DNA from: Phoronis australis
Taxonomy: Eukaryota > Animalia > Phoronida
Direction: 5' to 3'
NCBI GenBank assembly: GCA_002633005.1
Contig: NMRA01000621.1
Span: forward strand, 123,232-187,231
Length of the DNA: 64,000 nucleotides
Made by a program: the position numbers and the translations under genes. The notes under the pieces are model-generated. The model had not been told where the DNA came from and searched no databases. It saw only the letters and a list, made by a program, of their open reading frames with translations. Below are positions 59,685-64,000 of the stretch, one piece after another (the first letter of the stretch is position 1; the number at the start of each line of letters is the position of its first letter).

Positions 59685-62600
59685 CACTTCCCAAAAGGAA
59701 AGATGGTTTTAAAAATTGTTTAATACCAGTTTTTGGTATTCGATTTCTTTTTTAATACTCCTGTCTACTTGGTTTTTCTCATACTGGGAACGGATTGATA
59801 CTTTTACATTTTATTTTTAAACTTGAAGTACTGAAACAGTGGTAAATTATGATCGTCAGCGAAACTTAGTTACACTAAACATTAGTCCTTATTTCAAGTT
59901 TGATATTTATTAGCCTAAAATATGCGAAAGTGTAAATATGGTGATAGCCAAGATGAAATTTGTAATCTCTGGAAAATTTCGGTTGTACTGACTGCAAAAC
60001 TAATTTAGCTTTTTGTTAGTCATAAAAATGGAGAATGGGCGAAAGTTAATTACAACAAGTTAACAATCTGGTTAAAATAGATTAAAAAATACTAAAAGAA
60101 AAATGCATGTGATATTGTAAACTCTGATCAGCGTGTGTCAATCCACCGAGTATATCAATACGCACGGTCGTTTATCTTCAACTGTACTCAATGTTTGTAG
60201 TTTTTAGCTTATTAGTTCATCGATTTTTTAAAAAACGAAAACCATACGTGGTCGCTTTTTCCAGCTAAATACAGCGTGGTGTTCATTTTAACGACATTTT
60301 TTGGTTCATGCATTTCGAAAATTTGCCATCTTGTACAGGCAGAGATGTTTACTAACGTTTATGGTCCGGTAAATACACTTAATTGCGGTCATCACAACTG
60401 TTTCAAACTCCGGTGCCGCGTTCTCATTGACCTGGTAAAGCCGCTTAGAAGGACGAAAGGTGAAAATTCACGCATATCTTTAGATATGCGTGACTTCCTC
60501 AGTTCCTTGTAAGCGTATTAGACCGCATGTTTATTAAAACGAATTTAAACTTGTGATTCTTACAAAATTTGCACAAAACCGACAATGACAATTCGAAAAA
60601 CTGAAATAACTTTTTTAGATTTCATTGTGAGCATTTGGTAAATTAATAAAATACGATCAAAAATAAGAATATGGATGCAATATGCGTACACATGCCTTAG
60701 TATTCTTTCATTTTTCGAATTTAACAGAGTTCGTGATCAATTAACTCCGATAATGGCTGTCGGAGATTGCCCGGTACGTTAAAAACAGATTCTTTTCATT
60801 GTGTTTTAAAAATTCAATAATTTTGGAAATATTTGTCTAAATGCACAAAGTTGTCGATGGGGTTTCAACGCACAATGGATCTCGTACATTTCACGTTATT
60901 TCACAGTAGTGTTTTAAAACACGTTTCTTCCAACAATGTACGGTGTGCTATAGATAACGATTGGACCGGCGCTTGTTGACTTTAGTGGCGCTATATACGA
61001 CCATGCCGTAGGCTATACCCACGAACCCCTACTCTGTGTACCATTGGTCCAGAATTCACGTTATTCGTACGGAGGATCTGTAAGAGGCCGCGTTTTCGGT
61101 TCACGGTCAGATTTCCCCCTACGTGTATAAATTGTGCCTATAACTGCGGGTCAGTTGATCAATATTGCTTTTGTTGTTGCTGTTGATAAGTTCCATGGCC
61201 TAGTTTCTTTGTTGGAACTGTTGGTATTCATGATGACTTGCCTATATTAAGCACTTTTAGTGACCCAGATTTGTTACTACACGGAGTGAAGGACAACGAC
61301 TTAAGATCCGATCGTCTTTATAAATAATAATTATTTGATCAGTTCGCTCAAACTCTACACGCACGCCTCCCTATTTATTGTAGTGTCGCGATTTAAAGAA
61401 AAAGAAAATATCAAAATTGAAAATAAAAATTGTGAGATTCGCCTATTGCACTAGATAGTCCGTGGTACAAGAGTAGACATTTTTTTAATTTACACCACGT
61501 CTCTTTTTCTTCTCGCCATTGATCTGTGTTAAATTTTTACAAGGCAGAAACATTACTGGAGATGAAACTAATAAGTAATCTGTGACGGGGATGCCGTTTA
61601 CGCAAAACACTTTCAAAATCATCTATGTGGAAAACAAACTACTGTACTTTGTCCAAAGTACAATAGATGCCATGTGCCAAAGAAGTGAGTTATAATAATT
61701 ATTTTATTAACCACTACATATTGTACATGTATGCCTCTCACACACAACTTGACTCAGCCACACTGACTCAGTCTGTTAACTGAAAGTTCAATTGTGAAAT
61801 TGCGATCAGGCCCGGAGATCAGGAAAGGTACAACGTCGATGATACTGGCTATACGTCAGATTAAAAGTAACGAATTAGTAACTTTACATATCCCACACGT
61901 ACGTCTATAACCCCGACCGAAATCTGATAATGAACTGTTGTACAATGTGCCATAGAACATTTAATCGCCTCATCATACGCTTACTTACAGTAACCCCCCC
62001 AGTATTTCCAGCTTTCCGAGCGAACTAAAAACAAAGCCAAGGCATAGCACGGACGCGACTTAACTTCGGATTAACCGCGGTCAGACGAAGTCCGGACTTC
62101 GGCTAGCCTCGGTTCAACCGCGGTTTGGAACCCGCGTCCCGACGCGACCTAGCCGCGTTCGACGGATAGGAAGATGCTTTCGATCAGTACTGTACAGATC
62201 CCGCATATACATAACGTTAATGTAACGCGCAAGGACGCGCGCCTTAGTTTACGTTTAATTACACGCTTATTCTTTCTTTGGATATTCGGTTCAAACGCAA
62301 ATATACAGACACGTTTTACCAATCAATTGAAAAATGCTTAAGCTGTTAAAAAATCAAATGCTAAACATTCAAACAACCTATATGCGTACTTAATCAAAGG
62401 CCAAAGTATCAGCCTAGAGTAATTCATTATAAAACGTGTTACAACGTTCCTTAGACCCCCAATATTGCGATTACAATTTCCGAAATAACTACAACGTGGC
62501 TTACACCAGTTTGAGGATTCACGACATTGTCTTTACACTAATCGATATAAACGCTAAAGTAGAGTGAATCAAAATGTGGAGTTACACCTTCATGGTTAAT

Positions 62601-64000
62601 TACAAACAATCACATGTTCAAAACAGTACATTGTCCATTGTACATTGTATTGAATGGCGTCACGTCGGAAAAACGACGCGATAAAAGCCGCATCACAAAC
62701 ACAAAACGACCAACAGATGGTGCTGATTGCGAAAAGAGGCAATGAGTGGGAAGTACAACTGCCTAATTATATTTAATAACGACTGCAATAACATTGTTTG
62801 TACTTTCCAACGTTAAACTGAAACTTCTCATAGAAGTCTTCTCAGCGTTTATTAAAGTGTCTCACATTTTTACCTGTCTGGTACCCCAAAAACAACCCCG
62901 TGGATGTTTTCGGAAACCAGAGCACATATGTGAAAAACGTCTTACAAAATAGGTTGTGATGAGCGTTTGCCAAGTTATAAACGTATTCCTACAGACAACC
63001 TGCACACCGCACGACAGTTACAGTGGTTAAAACCATACTAATACTTTTCATTTTTAATCTCTGCGAACCGTGGGATGTTTTATTTATTTATTTTTATTTA
63101 TTATAGGGGCATAAGGGTGCCAGTAAATACAATCTCAAAAACAGAATATTCACCACACCCCCCAGCCTCAGTGGGCTTACTCAGTCAGCTAATAATAACT
63201 AAACCATTACATAACATATTACCCACGCTCAAATATGACCATTTCAAACTAGTTTATAAACAAATACTTTCTTCTAAGCTGCAAAGCGTCTTGAATGAAT
63301 TTCGCTAGACCTTTCAAGTTATTTGAGGAAGGGCAGAATTCAGTATAAAAATGGTCGAATGTGAGTATATTTTTCCCAATCAAAAGTGAAATAAACTTCA
63401 TCTTCAATTCCGTTTTTACAAACATGACAAATCCGTCCATTCACAGGAATTCCGAAATTCCGCCCCACCTCAACCTCTACTTGCTCTCAATCGAGCAATG
63501 GCAGACCTCTGAGACACCGGCAGACGTAAATACTCTTCTACAATAGTCATTCTTAACCGACCTATATAAGCACGGTTTTGGTTTCTCAGTGATTATTTTT
63601 AACCAGTTTCACTATTCTAACTGAAACCTGAATGTTTTGAAGTTTTTGAGAGACACCATTTGTTTGTTCCTGAAATTTTCTAAAAAATCGAATATCTCCA
63701 TAATTTTAAATATTGAACTTGACCAATTGCAGGAGTTCCGATGTTTAAAGTCCCATAAAAGACTTTTTTGCAGTTCTTATTTCATCCATTAGAAGTAAAC
63801 GATTTCAGAGCATATTTTCATGTTGTTTGTAGTGTGAATTTGGCCAACCTGAGTTGCCATAAAGTACTGCATTGGCAGCATACTTGTGGACCCCTAAGAA
63901 TATACTTAGTGCTCTAGTTCAGATCATTTCGCATTTGGAGTATTGGGAATATCCCCAAATTCCAGATCCATATTCTAGAATTGAAGCTACTGACATTTCA

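Noticed and set aside
40468-59712. Long ORFs of 160-360 aa in the ORF track
   Set aside because: They consist of X residues spanning N gaps.

Overview
This is a repeat-rich, intron-containing animal genomic scaffold (probably a non-arthropod invertebrate) with three large N-gaps; it is not prokaryotic, and no CRISPR array, rRNA or intact tRNA was found. Three spliced genes can be rebuilt from the sequence. (1) The last two coding exons of prefoldin subunit 2 (PFDN2, + strand). (2) A complete three-exon Barx homeobox gene (- strand, 197 aa) whose second intron has a GC donor. (3) The C-terminal four exons of a CdGAPr/ARHGAP30-33-family RhoGAP (- strand), ending in a 2.8 kb exon. From recalled human gene order, ARHGAP32 neighbours BARX2 and ARHGAP30 lies close to PFDN2, so this trio looks like an ancient microsyntenic block. 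The first 9.5 kb is a nest of insertions: a decayed RNase-H-bearing LINE interrupted by several TIR elements (some with 5-bp TSDs). One of these hosts a DINE-1/Helentron-like element carrying a ~150-bp satellite with a CTCF-like motif in nearly every monomer. The region beyond 41 kb is mostly TE debris, plus a tentative small secreted-peptide gene and a twice-occurring structured module. I found no wholly new enzymatic system. All family assignments are by eye and from memory, without database searches.
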